In this document: positions 40,321-53,399 of the stretch, piece by piece | Position numbering within the stretch: the first letter of the stretch is position 1 | Layout of the letters: every line of letters begins with the position of its first letter | Program-made: the position numbers and the translations under genes | The notes under the pieces: model-generated | The model's database searches: none | What the model was told of the DNA's origin: nothing | Seen by the model: only the letters and a program-made list of their open reading frames with translations | NCBI GenBank assembly: GCA_028534125.1 | Contig: CM052817.1 | Coordinates: 87,732,001-87,796,000, forward strand | From: Lama glama | Lineage: Eukaryota | DNA: 64,000 nt | Direction: 5' to 3'

Positions 40321-42118
40321 CATTTAATTACCAGTTCATGCCTTTCTTCCTTAGAAATCTTTATTTCCTTTTGCTAAAGTTAAAAGGAAATGCACATTTT
40401 GTGAAATAAATGAGTATGGTCCATAGATGATAATATTAGGGAAAACTGACTTGGAATCCCCTTTGTAAGGAGGAAAATAATGTTTATTAATGCACAAGGG
40501 GAAACTGCTACAGCCCTTTGTGCAGTGGCTACTTGTGCATTTGTTGGGTAAATAATCCTGAGACAATATTGAACAGTAACAGATAAAACAGGTGGAAACA
40601 GGAATATTCTGCCCAACTTCAAGGTATTTTTCAAGAGCATTCTTTTTTATCTCATTTTAAAGAGCAAATTGTTATGATTATCCTATGGGATTTTGGTGGT
40701 TTTCATTTTATAAAAAGGATTTTCATATATATTTTAATGTATCTTCAAATCAGACACTTGGACATTTTTATTCTTCATTTACAAATGAGAAAGTGGGAGA
40801 GAAAAGTAAATTAATTCCCAGAGAGTAATGAGAAGAGGTAGAGCCAAATATCATGGACCTAAGTACTAGCCTATGAGTGTGTTCCTGGCAGAAAGCTACT
40901 AGTAACACCACATTCCTTTTGTCAGTGGCCAAGAATAAAGAGAACAGCCTACGTCTGAGTGAATGAGAAACAAAGAGAATTTTTTTTCCCTTTCTCATAT
41001 CAATGAATAAAATTCACTAACTTCTTTAAAGATGTGAAGTGTGAAATATAACTGGCTGTTATTTAGGGCAAATTTATTATTTTGTTTATATTTTTAAGTT
41101 TTGCTTTGGTTTATGGTTAGAGTTGGTTTTTGTTTTTAATTTGATACTTAGTGAATAATTCTACTGTTTTTAATTTACATTTCTTCTTCTGAAAAACACA
41201 AGGAGGAGATTAAATCAAAGTTGACAGGCCTATTTTTCCTCCATTAATTGAATATTACGATTTATTCAAATATGCAGGCAGTAAACATTTTTTATGGGTA
41301 GCTACTTTCCATGCCATTCATGAAACATTCCTATGAAAGTATGAACATTTTCAAATGCAAAACAAATACATCTTTGATTGGCTGAGTGAATTCTATAGAG
41401 AAAATTTCATAGAACAGGTCATGCCATTTAGTGTTGTTAGGATGATCTGATGAACACCATTGTTCCCTCTATTCAAGGACAGGCTGGCTTTCCCCAGAAC
41501 AAAGATGCTATGACTGCAGCTACAATTTTATTTTTCAGATTACAGATTGTGCCATCCTATTACACTATCTAATGTGTTATATTCAAATAGGCTTCCTTGC
41601 ATATTACTTTCTATCAGGACTAAGGAAAAGGTATTTTCCTGAATGAATCCAAATTATGCTGAAATCACACACGTGTGGAATTAGTTATCAATTTATTCTA
41701 TAAAGCAACTGGGAATCGTAGCCTACTTTAACTCTGTACTGAAACAAGAATCTTAAGGCTAGGAGCTGATGTTTTAGAGGTTTTATAAATGAGAGTGCTT
41801 ATTACATTTTTAACCTTATTCCTCACATAGGTGCTAAAGTATATGCTATGAAATTTAGCATAAGGAAATTACAAAATGATTTTTCTTTTTAAAACTTCTA
41901 ATTTTTTCGTACTTTTCTATTTTGGTTTAAAAATTTAGAATACATAGATTTAGTAATATCAATCTATAGTCACACTCACTATGTCAGACTTTTAAAATGT
42001 TGGATAAGTATTTAATAAGTAAAAAGAAATAGAGTCCAAAAGAGAACTGGATTTAGAGACAAAAAATTCATTCTAGTAGAATGATCTTAGAAATACTGGA
42101 ACATTTTTCCTCAAAAGA

Positions 42119-42230
42119 ATACTGTGTGTATATGTTAAGCCCAAACTCCTAATTTATCTTTCCCCTTACCCGAGGTATAACATGTACACACTACTATATA
42201 TGGATAAACAAGGATCTACTGCACTGTACT
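42119..42230. mobile_element. Two short L1 3'UTR pieces in opposite orientation
   Basis: Minus piece gtgtgtatatgttaagcccaaactcctaatttatc (42119-42166). Plus piece taacatgtacacactactatatatggataaacaaggatctactg (42173-42230). Confidence 0.75.
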
Positions 42231-42247
42231 ATACTTCAATAAAAACA

Positions 42248-42382
42248 AAAGTATACAAAAAGATGTGTGCAGATTATTTGTGAATAGTGCTCCATTCTAT
42301 ATAAGGAATTTGAGCATCCTTGGATTTGGTATCTATGGGAGCTTCTGGTATCAATCCCCCAGGGATACAGGAGGGATGACTG
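42248..42382 (-). mobile_element. Truncated MER2/Tigger-family element (one end)
   Basis: tttgagcatccttggatttggtatctatggg...aatcccccagggatacaggagggatgactg followed by TA at 42383-42384, the Tc1/mariner target site. Confidence 0.82.
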
Positions 42383-42737
42383 TACTTGGTCATGGTAAAT
42401 CAAGGGGAAGCGGTATTTACTCTGTGTTAAGTGCAAAATAATTATCACTTAATCCTTGCCCCCCCCCAAAAAAAAAGAGAGAGAGAGAAGGAAATAATAA
42501 TGGGTTAAAGAACACAATATTAGTATACATTCAAAGAATTCAAGATAACTGTGAGACAGCTAAGAGTAGCTGCTGAGTAACCAGTTACACACAGGGGCTG
42601 GAAGTCACTAACAGTATTCTACCTGGAAAAAAATTTTTAAAGTCCTCATAGTTATTATTGTCCATGGAGAACCACAGTCAGAAAGCTATTAAGTATTGCT
42701 TAGAATCATACTCTCCTTTGCAACAAGCTCTGTCCCA

Positions 42738-42874
42738 GGGGGTGGGTATAGCTCAATGGTAGAGTGAATGCTTAGCATGCAGGAGGTTTTGGGTTCAATC
42801 CCTGGTACCTCCATTAAAAGCAAATAAATAAATCAATCTAATTACCTTCCCTCAAAAAAAACTGATTAAAAATA
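42738..42874 (+). mobile_element. tRNA-Ala(AGC)-derived SINE (camelid Vic-1 type)
   Basis: Head gggtatagctcaatggtagagtgaatgcttagcatgcaggaggttttgggttcaatccctggtacctcca with A box, B box and AGC anticodon loop, then an A-rich tail. Degenerate TSD aacaagctctgtccca (42722-42737) / aaaaagctctgaacca (42875-42890). Confidence 0.9.
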
Positions 42875-44168
42875 AAAAAGCTCTGAACCATTGAAAATTT
42901 CTGATTTTATAACTTCCAATATGCCACAGATATCCCAACTTATATCTATCTCCCATTTAAATCATTAACATTTCTCTACAGTCTCCAGAAATAGCCTCCC
43001 ATGCATCTGACTTCTACTATTTCCTCCATTTCCATAGTAGCTTCATAGTCTCTAAAAGATATGTTTCCCCCCCAAAATAAGACCTTATAAATCACATTTT
43101 TGATTCAATTACCCTAAACACTATACTTAAGAGGCATGTTCATTGTTCACAGAGTAGTGCCTGGGCTTTGCATGTTCTGTTCCTCACCTATATTTCACAC
43201 CTCACCTTGTTGAACCCTCCTTCTGTGTCCCATCAATATTGCTTTCAGGGCTTTCCTTGTACCAGTGTCCTTCCCCTGCAGGAATTTCTATCTTCCCTAG
43301 ATTCGTCATTCCACTACCTTTCATAAAATATGACACAGTACAGTTTCATCAAGTCAATCATTTAGAGTTACTGCATGCATTCTCTAAAGTGCACTGTACA
43401 AAGGGAGAAAAAAGGGAAGAGTAAGTGAGGTAAGTAGCCATTTAACTATGGATGAAGAAGTCTCAGTGTAGCAGCAAAATAAAATAAGAAAACATTTTGA
43501 AAAGATACTTTTAGTAATCTGACAAGAAATTACTGTACTCAGTTATATTTTGGGAGCACTTATTTTCTTCACTGGGGAAACAACCATGAAATAGTCTCTG
43601 GTTCTTTTTTTGTTTTTGGCCCAATTTTCCAGTTTTATTTACCTTTTAGTCTTTAGAATGTAAATTTTGGGGTTTTGTGTCATGTGTATTGTGTAATTTT
43701 TCTTATTATACTTTGCTTGAAAAAGCTATTTCACTTAATTTAAGGCAGTCCTTTCTAATAGAAATAAAGTGAATGTTACTTTTATAATTATGTCCCTTGG
43801 TCTTTAGGTAGACAAATAAAATGATTTCTAGATTACTTTAATGAGTAAAACTAGATGTAATTGAAGAGATTAGTTTTTTTTTTTAAAATCTGAGCTAGTT
43901 GAGTATGCTTCATGAATTTTAGCTGTGTAAATAGACAAAAGGATTCTTGAATCATTAATGTTTTTCCAATTTTTGAGCTTTATAGTTTTTTTTAAACTCT
44001 TTTGTTGTATACTAAAAGCCCATTTTTATAAGCATTATGAATAAGTTTAATTTCCAAGCTAACAGTCTCAGGTATTTGAGTCTGAATATTTAAAAAATAA
44101 TTCCAGTATACTAGGCAGACTAATAATTTGCAAATGCTTTGTAGGAGTCTTGGAAGCATTTGTTCAGA

Positions 44169-44231
44169 AAATTTAGAATACATATCTATTATGATAATGC
44201 TAAATTTAGAGTATATATTGATTATGATAAT
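44169..44231. repeat. 33-bp tandem duplication
   Basis: aaatttagaatacatatctattatgataat (44169) / aaatttagagtatatattgattatgataat (44202). Confidence 0.8.
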
Positions 44232-45589
44232 TGGATAGGTGTTATCTATCAAAGAAAAAGCAATATTGGTTATTTACTGCTTTTCCTACATTTTTCTCTA
44301 TTTTACTATTTATGTCCAAAATCCATAAAGTAGAAATTAGACAGTGAAAATAGAATCCACTTATAAGAACTCTAATTAACATACCATTTTCTTTATGGTG
44401 TTTCTGAGTCCCTAAGATTCTAATTGTATCTATTATAATTAATAGATTGTAGTACTTTATAATTCATTGAAAAGTTCTTCAAAACCATTCCCCAAAGTTT
44501 GCTGCATCATTAGGTGCAGAACTTACAATGATCTAGGAGGGGCCAGGTATACTTTTGCTTAATGTTGCATCCACAGTACATTGCCTACTTGCTGAAAATA
44601 TTAGAAATAAACTAAATTATTTATTTTGCTTAACTAATTGCTTATCTGTAATGTAGCTATGCAGGCCACCAACAACAGGATAAAAATAAAGTATCAACAT
44701 TATTTTTATCTATACATGTCTACAGATTTATTTTGAGCAAAATTTTAAAAAGAGCTCTTCATCTTATTGAAAGAAGAGGATGATTATAAAAAGTTGATTT
44801 TTACTTTCTAAATAATTAAGCGCTAAAAACATTTTTGAAAATAGCCACTGATTGTCTTTAACCATTATCTTAACCTGTGACTATAAAAACAATGGCTTCT
44901 CAGTCCCAGAGTCAAGTAATTTTTAGTGTGCTCTTTATAAACTTTGCCAATGATTTAAAAACTCATAGTTGTATTTATCAGAAATTAGTAAGTTATATCC
45001 TAATAGAATACTTTGTGATCTCATCTGATAATGAACTGAGTGCCTTTTATCCAACTGCCATGTATTCAGCAGCAAAACAGGATGAGCACAGTCTGTGAGG
45101 CCATTAATAAACATTTCAGGATACTTCCAAATGCCTGAGATAGCCCTGGGCCTTTTATAAATTACAACATAAAACATAGTCTGAAGCATCTTTAGGATAT
45201 TATAACATGACCATTTAACTTAGTCATTTAAAAAGAGAAGGCAATAAAATTTAAACTTATTTCTGTGATTAATAAGAATAAATAAATATACATATATTAA
45301 AATAAGGAAGAATGGACTTCCGGCTGCTTTTCTTAATACTGTCCATGAAATATACTCATTTCTCATTTACAATTAGGGCAAGGCATATAGATAATGTTCC
45401 GTTTATACAATTAGACATATTTTTAAAATAAGCTTTGGGTTTCTTTTCAATTTAAATCCTAATTTCATTGGCATAATTTTTTTTTTCAGTTACCCTTTTT
45501 TCAACTTTTGTTTTTACTGAAAAACCCAGTTCAGACTTGTAGTGACAAGCATCCCGTTAAAATGAGCAAGCCATGTAAATCAATTTTTA

Positions 45590-46000
45590 CATGCAAATTA
45601 CACAATGTAAATCTTTTGCTTAAAATCCTTCAATAGCTTTCCATTGTCTGATGGATAAAAATCCTGATTACATAGGCTAGCCCTTAAGTATCCCTGAACA
45701 TTTCCTACTTTTCATTCTTCCTCCTTATCCTTCAGCTACATTGCCCTCATTTAGTACCATTTCAGAGCATTCCACATGCACGTTTCCCCTTCCTGCCACA
45801 CTTCATCTAGATTTCTAAAGTTAATCTGTCCTATAACTTCGAATACCATCCCCCTCCTCCCATCTAGCCATTGCCATCAACTAAAAGGGTCAGCACCATG
45901 AAGGGAAGGATTATATCTCTTTTGTTTACCATCATATAACCAGTGCTTAGCACAATGCCAGGAGATCAGCATATATTCATTAAATGAATAAATGCAATAA
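45590..46000 (+). mobile_element. L2 3' end
   Basis: tgcttaaaatccttcaatagctttccattg...caccatgaagggaaggattatatctcttttgtttacca...ccagtgcttagcacaatgcc...aaatgaataaatg. Confidence 0.8.
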
Positions 46001-46119
46001 ATAGTAATGCTGGCAATACACCACTGAACCTGGTGGCGGCAGCAGCGACTGAATTACCATCTTCATTGTCATTCCAGTTTGTCATCCAATTGTCATTCCA
46101 TTGTCTTTCTTGCCATCAT

Positions 46120-46310
46120 TTGGTACAGTTCACAAAGCTCTTTTGCATACGCAACCCTATTTTGATCCTGACAACAGCCTTTGTGAGGTCAGCAGTGTTT
46201 TCCTTATATTTTCAACATCAGAGTTGAGATCTCAGGATAGTAGAAGAGATAAAATGAAATATGACTAAGAAAAGTTAAGACCCAGTGCTCTGAGCCTAAA
46301 TCAAGCCATT
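46120..46310 (-). mobile_element. MIR SINE (degenerate)
   Basis: tttgatcctgacaacagccttgtgagg-like motif...gacccagtgctctgagcctaaatc. Confidence 0.55.
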
Positions 46311-46820
46311 GTTTTCAGTATGGTTGCTAGAACCAACAAAAAAAAAATGTGTTTATTATTAATTTCCTGTACACATTAACCATCTGAGACAGGTTTAGAC
46401 AAGTATTTTTAGATTTTGAATTAAATATAGTAGGCATTTCATAAATTCAAAAAATTCTACTTTTCTCTATACGTTACTAGATCTACCATTTACTAACACT
46501 TGCCTGAACTTCCTCTCCTTGTACTGTTGTTATTCCTTTCCCCTAGTCATTGCTGATGGCTTGCTGAATTTAATACTGATACAAATTATTTTCAAATGAT
46601 AGAAAGATATTAAAATGAAAAATTTTTACATCAGCTTAAAAACTAGGCCATGTTCATTGCTTATTAAGTTGAACTAACTGCTACCATTTAGAAATAGAGG
46701 GGCAAAAAAGTTCAACATACAGCTCTTTCTCAAGCTTTTACTTCTGCAAACAAAATGAAAGAGAGGTATTGAGAATTCAGCTAAATGACTCCATAATAGT
46801 GTTGCCTAGACATTCATTTT

Positions 46821-47233
46821 GTGTGGCTAAGCTGGTTGCAAGGGGACCCTTAAGCTGACTCCCCACTGCCCTTGTGATAAGCATTCTTCCCTCAAGGCCC
46901 AGGACCTTCCCTTTGTGCACCACTTAAACCCCTGCCTCCCCACAAGCTTACCAAACACCACTCTTTCAGGCTTGAATTAACCAATCCAAACTTAACTCAG
47001 GAACCCCAAAGCACTTCACTCTTGGACTCAGTGAAGGTGTGTGCCCACGTCTTGTCATTCTCTCTGCCTGAACCCTGCCCTGACTTCACAGTGGGAGCCA
47101 TGCCAGTATACTTCTTCCAGAAGGTGAGTAACAAACTTCCCTATTTCAGCTGCCTTGTGCTCTTACATTATATATGGCTCATCATTTGACACCCAGGGCT
47201 CGACTTAACAAATGTTAATCTAACAAAGTTAAA
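46821..47233 (+). mobile_element. ERV solo LTR (possibly MER74-like, ERVL class)
   Basis: GC-richer ~400-bp block with a CCAAT box (aaccaatc ~46979), a degenerate polyA-signal region (gtgagtaacaaactt) and the end ctcatcatttgacacccagggctcgacttaacaaatgttaatctaacaaagtt. Family name uncertain. Confidence 0.55.
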
Positions 47234-49849
47234 ATATTAGATTATATTAAATTCCTACTATATAAATCCCAATTTATTTTATGGCCATGTACATGGTAAA
47301 AATGATTTTCTTTACAAAGTATGACTAGACATGGTATTCACTTTAAGTAATTCATGGTGTGAGGGACAAGCAAAGTTAAACAGACATTAAAGAGAAAATA
47401 CTGAATCAGTGTTGGTTTTATAAATGTACATGCCACAAATATTCACAAGATAGAAGCAATAAATGGAGGCTCTTGGAAATGCAATGTACAATGATTACCA
47501 CACTTGATCGAATCCAAGACAACCTCAATTGAAAGATGCATCACACTTGTACATAAGACCACACACACAAAATAATAATACTGCCAATTAAGCAATGACA
47601 CAATGCCTAATGATACACTCCCAAGATGTCTCACATCAGCCTAATGGTGCTTCAAAATTTCTTTCAAATGTTTCCAGAGAATTTGTCAATCATTTTGCCT
47701 TCAGTTTTATTGCCTGGTATGTCCAATCCTCTTAGAGGTATGTCAGTAACAAAACATACAATGATACCAACTACTTCTTGGTTTCTTCCTTTTCAGGTCC
47801 TATAAACCACACTGTTGCTTTGAAAGTAAACATAGAATTTTACTTATTATCCATTGACATGTATTTTCTTTACTGAGGTATCAAATTATATTGTGCTCCT
47901 TTTTTCCATAACTTTACGTATACCAAATAGTTTGAATGCCCAGTCATCTTCTAGAAGACATTTAAAAAGCAATTAAGTCCAAAATTATAAAACTTGCAAG
48001 TAAGTTAACTGAAGTGAGAAAGTATGAAAATATTATGACAAATTTCATATATGTACAGGCAATTTCAAATATTTCATAGTAGTTGGCCATCAAAAAGCAA
48101 TTATTAGATGTCATCAGCTGTACATGTCCCAAATTCAGGAAATTTAGAGCTATTAGAAAGAGAAAGAGAGAGAAGTATAGCTTGAAAAAGTTAAACATTA
48201 TATTAAGAAGGTGAGTAGATAAAAAACTCAGGGGCAAAAGTATTATATTTGTATCCTATGATGCTTTGTTTCTAATGAACACTAGAGCTTTCAATTGAAA
48301 TGTCAATACAAATGTATATAAACATTTCAAGTATTTTGTTTTTGTTTTCTCACAACATATGTAAAAGAATAAAAATCATTTGAATTATTGAGCTAATGTC
48401 ATATACTATCACAGATTTATAAACAAATATGTATAAGTTTTACAATAATTAATTTAAAAAAACTCCATCAATCTTAGCTTTATAAGCTAAGGATCTACAT
48501 TTAGCTCAAAAAATATACAGGTACAAACACTTGCATAAAATTCAAAATCTCATCAGGGGAAATTAGGTAAAAATGTACAATCCATATGCTAACATACATT
48601 TTTTTCTGAAGGGCAAATATAGTCTTCAAATATGCAGATTCACATTGCTCTGATTACTCTGTTGCATGTTCAATGAAATAATTTATGAGGCAATTAGGAT
48701 AACTTGTTTGCATTATTCAAAATTCAACACATATGACTAGACTTGATCTTATCTTTGATTCTACACAGATTATTGCGTATTGATAGTGAATGACTGAGAA
48801 ACACTATTTCATGAAGAGGAGTGAATGTGCACACTATACTTCCTGATTACTTGGGTAAATATATATGTTTTTAACTTACAAAATCAACTCAAAAGAGATA
48901 GCTTCCTTTCATCTTTAACTCTGCCTTGTAAGTCACACCTATGCTTGTCTTTCTGAGAATTAATGACTTGTGATCTCTCTTTCATTAAGTCTTTCAATGA
49001 TATGAAGTGACTCAAACTTAATATTTAATAGTTCTGCCAAATAAGGTCATATCTTATTGCTTATTCTGAAATATGTAAATATATTCTATTGCCAAGAAAG
49101 GAAACAAAGTTTTATCTTTTAAAACATGGGATAAAATTACTTTTCTAAGTGCTTACTTAATTACTTTCTAAGAAAGGATGATGAAGATTAACACTTTAAA
49201 AAATAAATCCCTTACTTTCAGAATGCTTCTATTTGATTATCTCCTTTTACAATATCACACTAACACTCTTACAAAACAATTTTATGTGAATTTATGTTCC
49301 CCTGAAACGACTATTATTTGGGGGGAACATTATTCAAGTGTTTCAGCCAGTGGACCAGAAATATTAACAAGTATTGAAAAATAATCCAGTACCAAATAAT
49401 TGTGCACAATATTTGACTACAACAAATGGATTCTTTAGTGAAATACTTTTCACATTTAATATTATAATATCAATTGTGAATACATATAAAAGGGATATAA
49501 TGATGCAACATTTCTGAAAATCTTATGCCCTCAAGATCCCCTTTTCACTAGCAAGTCTCACATACAATATTTATCCTTGTAGTGTGGTATGAAAGTGCAA
49601 ACATGTAAGTTATTCCTAAAATACTGAACACCATTTACAAATAGATTGTATCATTAATCATCTGTGAAATTTAACCTAAAATTTGCAAAGGTATTTATAG
49701 GTACACTCAGAAGGAATTTTTTTTTGGTTTATTTTCAATGAGATATTTCAAGAGTTCAGTTTAAATCTTATTTATCAATTGCATAACAAGTCATGATGTT
49801 TCATAAATATTTAACAATTTAAAAAGTATAAATAGTAATAAAAATAGCA

Positions 49850-51050
49850 GGAGAAAGCCTGAGAGATTAAGTATATTTCCAAGAATGTTGAGCAAAGTGG
49901 AAAGTAAATGACACAACAGAAAAAATGTAAAAGAAATAGAGAACAAAGCTATACTACCTAACATATGGCTAAAATAAGTTCCAGAGAGAAGTGATAAAGT
50001 GTAGATTAGAAAAATCATCAAGCAAACAATAAAAGAATATTTTCCTCATTACAGAATGACTTGAATCTTTAGAACAAAAGACAGACTGGTATCTAGCAGG
50101 ATGAATTAAACACCACCAATATTTTCTATATATTGTCAAAATTTCTAAATATCTGCGACTATGAAAATCCTCACATCTCTCACAGATGGGAAAAATATAT
50201 ATAAATAAAAGAAATAAGAATTGGAGTTGCATCAGGCCTGATAACAGACAAACTTAACATTAGAAAAAAAATGAACTAAGGATCTAAAAGAAAATTATTT
50301 TGAACTTAAAAGTCAATACTCAGTCAGAGTAACAATCAAATATGTGAGAACAAATCAAGGTACCTTCAGACATGTAAGACTCAAGTAATTAACTTCTAAA
50401 GGATGCTTTTCACATGGAGAGAAAACTAAAAAGCAGAATATGTGGGTTACAAAAAATAGAGTATCTGAACTAGGAATACAATGAAACAAAATCCCAGGAT
50501 GACAGCTTTGAAACAACCCTTCAAATAATCTTTCTAAATTAGAACTGGAATGTAATGAACAGAGAATTCTATGTTTTTTAATGTACAGTAAAGTAAACAG
50601 CATTGACTAGGTACATTAAAGTCACATTCTGCAAGACCTCCATAATATGTTGAAGAAAGCATATGTTTCTTTACTCAACAAAGAAAAAAATCAACTTGAA
50701 TTCCACTGGAGGAAAAAAAGTCATACTAGGAAGTTATGATTCAAATATAAAGCAAATAATGGCATGGTTTCTGACCTTTTGAGAATTACAATACATGGAT
50801 ATGTCATTTATACTTAGATAATTCTGTACTTTTAGAATTGGTATCTAGAAAAGGAAACTATGGTAACTGAACCAGTTTATAAATATTGTTAATCCTTGAC
50901 AATTTAAAAGACATAAGGCATTACTATACTTTTTAGTCTTTGTTATTGTTCTAAATTCACATGATCATTGAGGGCAACTGCTGATATAAACCAAATAACA
51001 TTTTGTATGTTTAGGGTGATGCTTGTAACAACCAAACTAATGAATTTAAG
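49850..51050 (+). mobile_element. HAL1-like / old L1 ORF1 remnant
   Basis: Degenerate ORF1-like A-rich sequence (gaatattttcctcattacagaatgacttgaatctttaga; gaaaattattttgaacttaaaagtcaatactcagtc) and the HAL1-type motif aatcccaggatgacagct (~50490). Confidence 0.6.
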
Positions 51051-51409
51051 TTTTCTTCCCAGCCACCCTCTCGCCATCTTTCCCAACCTCTCTGTGAACT
51101 CCTTTGGCTTCTGTGACCTTCTTCAGTGTTCATCCTTTGTACTAACAATGAAGCTATTGTACACTAAAAAATTACAGTATGTTGGAAAATAGAGACTTTT
51201 CATAACACTTACTAAACACAGAAAGATAACAGATTTTTCAGTGCAGTGTTGGAAATCATATGATAGGTTAAGCATGTTTGTAGGAAATTTTTAGAAATGG
51301 TCATTATCTCTGACCACTTCTATAGAAGTGGTCCTAACTTCTACTTATGTAAGTAGTCCATAACCTCCATAATCTCCATTAAATCTGAATGGAGAATTAA
51401 ATATCAACC

Positions 51410-51590
51410 CACTCACTTACTACATATTTCATCCTTCTCAGTTTGCATACTCTCTGTGAGCCTCAAGTTCCTTTTTTGGAAAATGAGCTAAGATAGCAAT
51501 GATACAAAGTTCTTATGAAGATGTTATCAAAAAATGTCACCTGCCCTAGCGTCTGGCACAGAGTCAGTAATTCAAAAAATATCAATTTCT
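51410..51590 (+). mobile_element. MIR SINE
   Basis: ctctctgtgagcctcaagttccttttttggaaaatgag...ctagcgtctggcacagagtcagtaattcaaaaaatat. Confidence 0.75.
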
Positions 51591-53399
51591 TTTTTACCTC
51601 CACTACAAGCATTACAAAAGTATAAATAACAGGGATAAAGTGAAGAAAAGCATTTTTTAGTGCAACAAATTAAAATAATATTTTTGAGTCTGTTACATTT
51701 TGCAAAAACACTTTTAATATACTTTTCTATTTATTTGTCATAATAAAATTGTGGGGAAGGCATTTTTTATCCACAGATCTAAGTATATCCTGAGTAAAAT
51801 ATTTGGAGTGATATAAAACACTTTGACACGGTTGATTTAGTTTTTATAGGATACCTGAATTTTTCTAGTGACCAAACACAACCGTGACTTAAGTCACATA
51901 ATTTTTCACTGATATAGTATTATCTTAACAATTCTATCACTTTTCCAGAATTAGTTTTACTTTCCTCTGGGAGGTTAATGGGTGCATGTATGCACCCCAG
52001 TGGTTCCCCTACTTCAGCTGTTTTTCCTGACAATGTACTTGTATCTGGTGCTTCTCTGGCCAGGTAAGAAGCCAGAATGCTACTGAGTCTCTCTTTAAAA
52101 ATTATTCAAAATGGAGTAGCATTCTGAAACCTCATTTTTAACATATGTCAGTAGCAGGCTTAATGAAACAAACTAAACATAATGAGAAGGTATAATGTTT
52201 ACACTGTGTTAGATTCCATATGTTTACACACATTTTATTTTTAAGATCTTAAAAAGTCTTCCCATAGTACAAAAATAAATTGTTTTTCTTAAATATGTTT
52301 TTTAAACCTTTTCTGCTTCAGCTTCTCCTGTGTCTGATATATCAGCCTCCTGCACAGTTGAGCTCAGGGGGCAATGGATATGTCAGGGATGTCACTATAA
52401 TGTTTTGACACTAGTGGTGAAGAGAGAAATAACACCATGAATTAAGATGAGAGTATATACAAATATATAGCTTTCTTTTCAGTAATATCCTTTGGTTTTA
52501 TTTCATAAGAAAATACCTGTTTTATGTGAAATGAAGTAATTTACGTACTTATTAAAACAGAGCTAATGTCATTACTAATCAAAATACTAAGAAGCTAATA
52601 ACTCATTAGAGGTCAAATATATAATGTTGACACTTTAACAAAAGAAATAAGAATAGTTAAATCATATTAGTACAGAGATACAGAGAGTGAAAATAAATGA
52701 ATTCAGAATTTCCCAATTTTCACAGCACAAACACAAATACCCTCAAAACACTGATTTACAGATCCTTTTCTGCTGGAAAAATATTTTTTATAAATAATAA
52801 AGAAATGGTTATTGTTAAAACATTGTCTGAAATAGCACTCCAAAATGCTTACTAATTCCTGATAAACAACAGGAAAAAAAATGTCAAAATATATCATTAC
52901 AAACTATCCTGACAGTGCACCTAATATCAGAATCTGGAAAGTATTTTCACTAAATGTAAGAATGATATGCCAAAAATGATAGTTAAAGGATTTATGCATA
53001 CTGTAACACAGAATATGACCTTAAGTCTAAAAAAAGATAAGAGGTTTTGTCACTTCAAATGGTGAAATGTAGTGAAATTAGGCCAAAAGACCAAAAAGAT
53101 TATAATAAATGGTAGACTGGTAAAAATCAAAACTGTGTTGAGACAATAATACTTAGAATTGATACAGTGCTGAAAAGCATAAATTTAAAAAATCTCTCTC
53201 AGAGTGCAGAGAAATATTACAGAGACTATGCCTAAGATTTTTCTTGGTAAATTAATGTCACCAAAATTTTTATAAATTTCTCTTACTGTTTGAAGGCCAC
53301 AAAATCACATGTTCAGACATTTAAGACCAAGAGGAACATGTAATATTTCTCACCATTAAACATGTTAAAATCCTAGAGACTGAGAGACAAACAATATTC

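Noticed and set aside
42738..42812. Functional tRNA-Ala gene
   Set aside because: Mismatched stems, extra 5' bases, and an A-rich tail with TSD instead of a poly-T terminator mark it as a SINE.
46066..46118. CRISPR-like repeat array
   Set aside because: Units are 11-12 bp, adjacent with no spacers, in a mammalian context with no cas genes.
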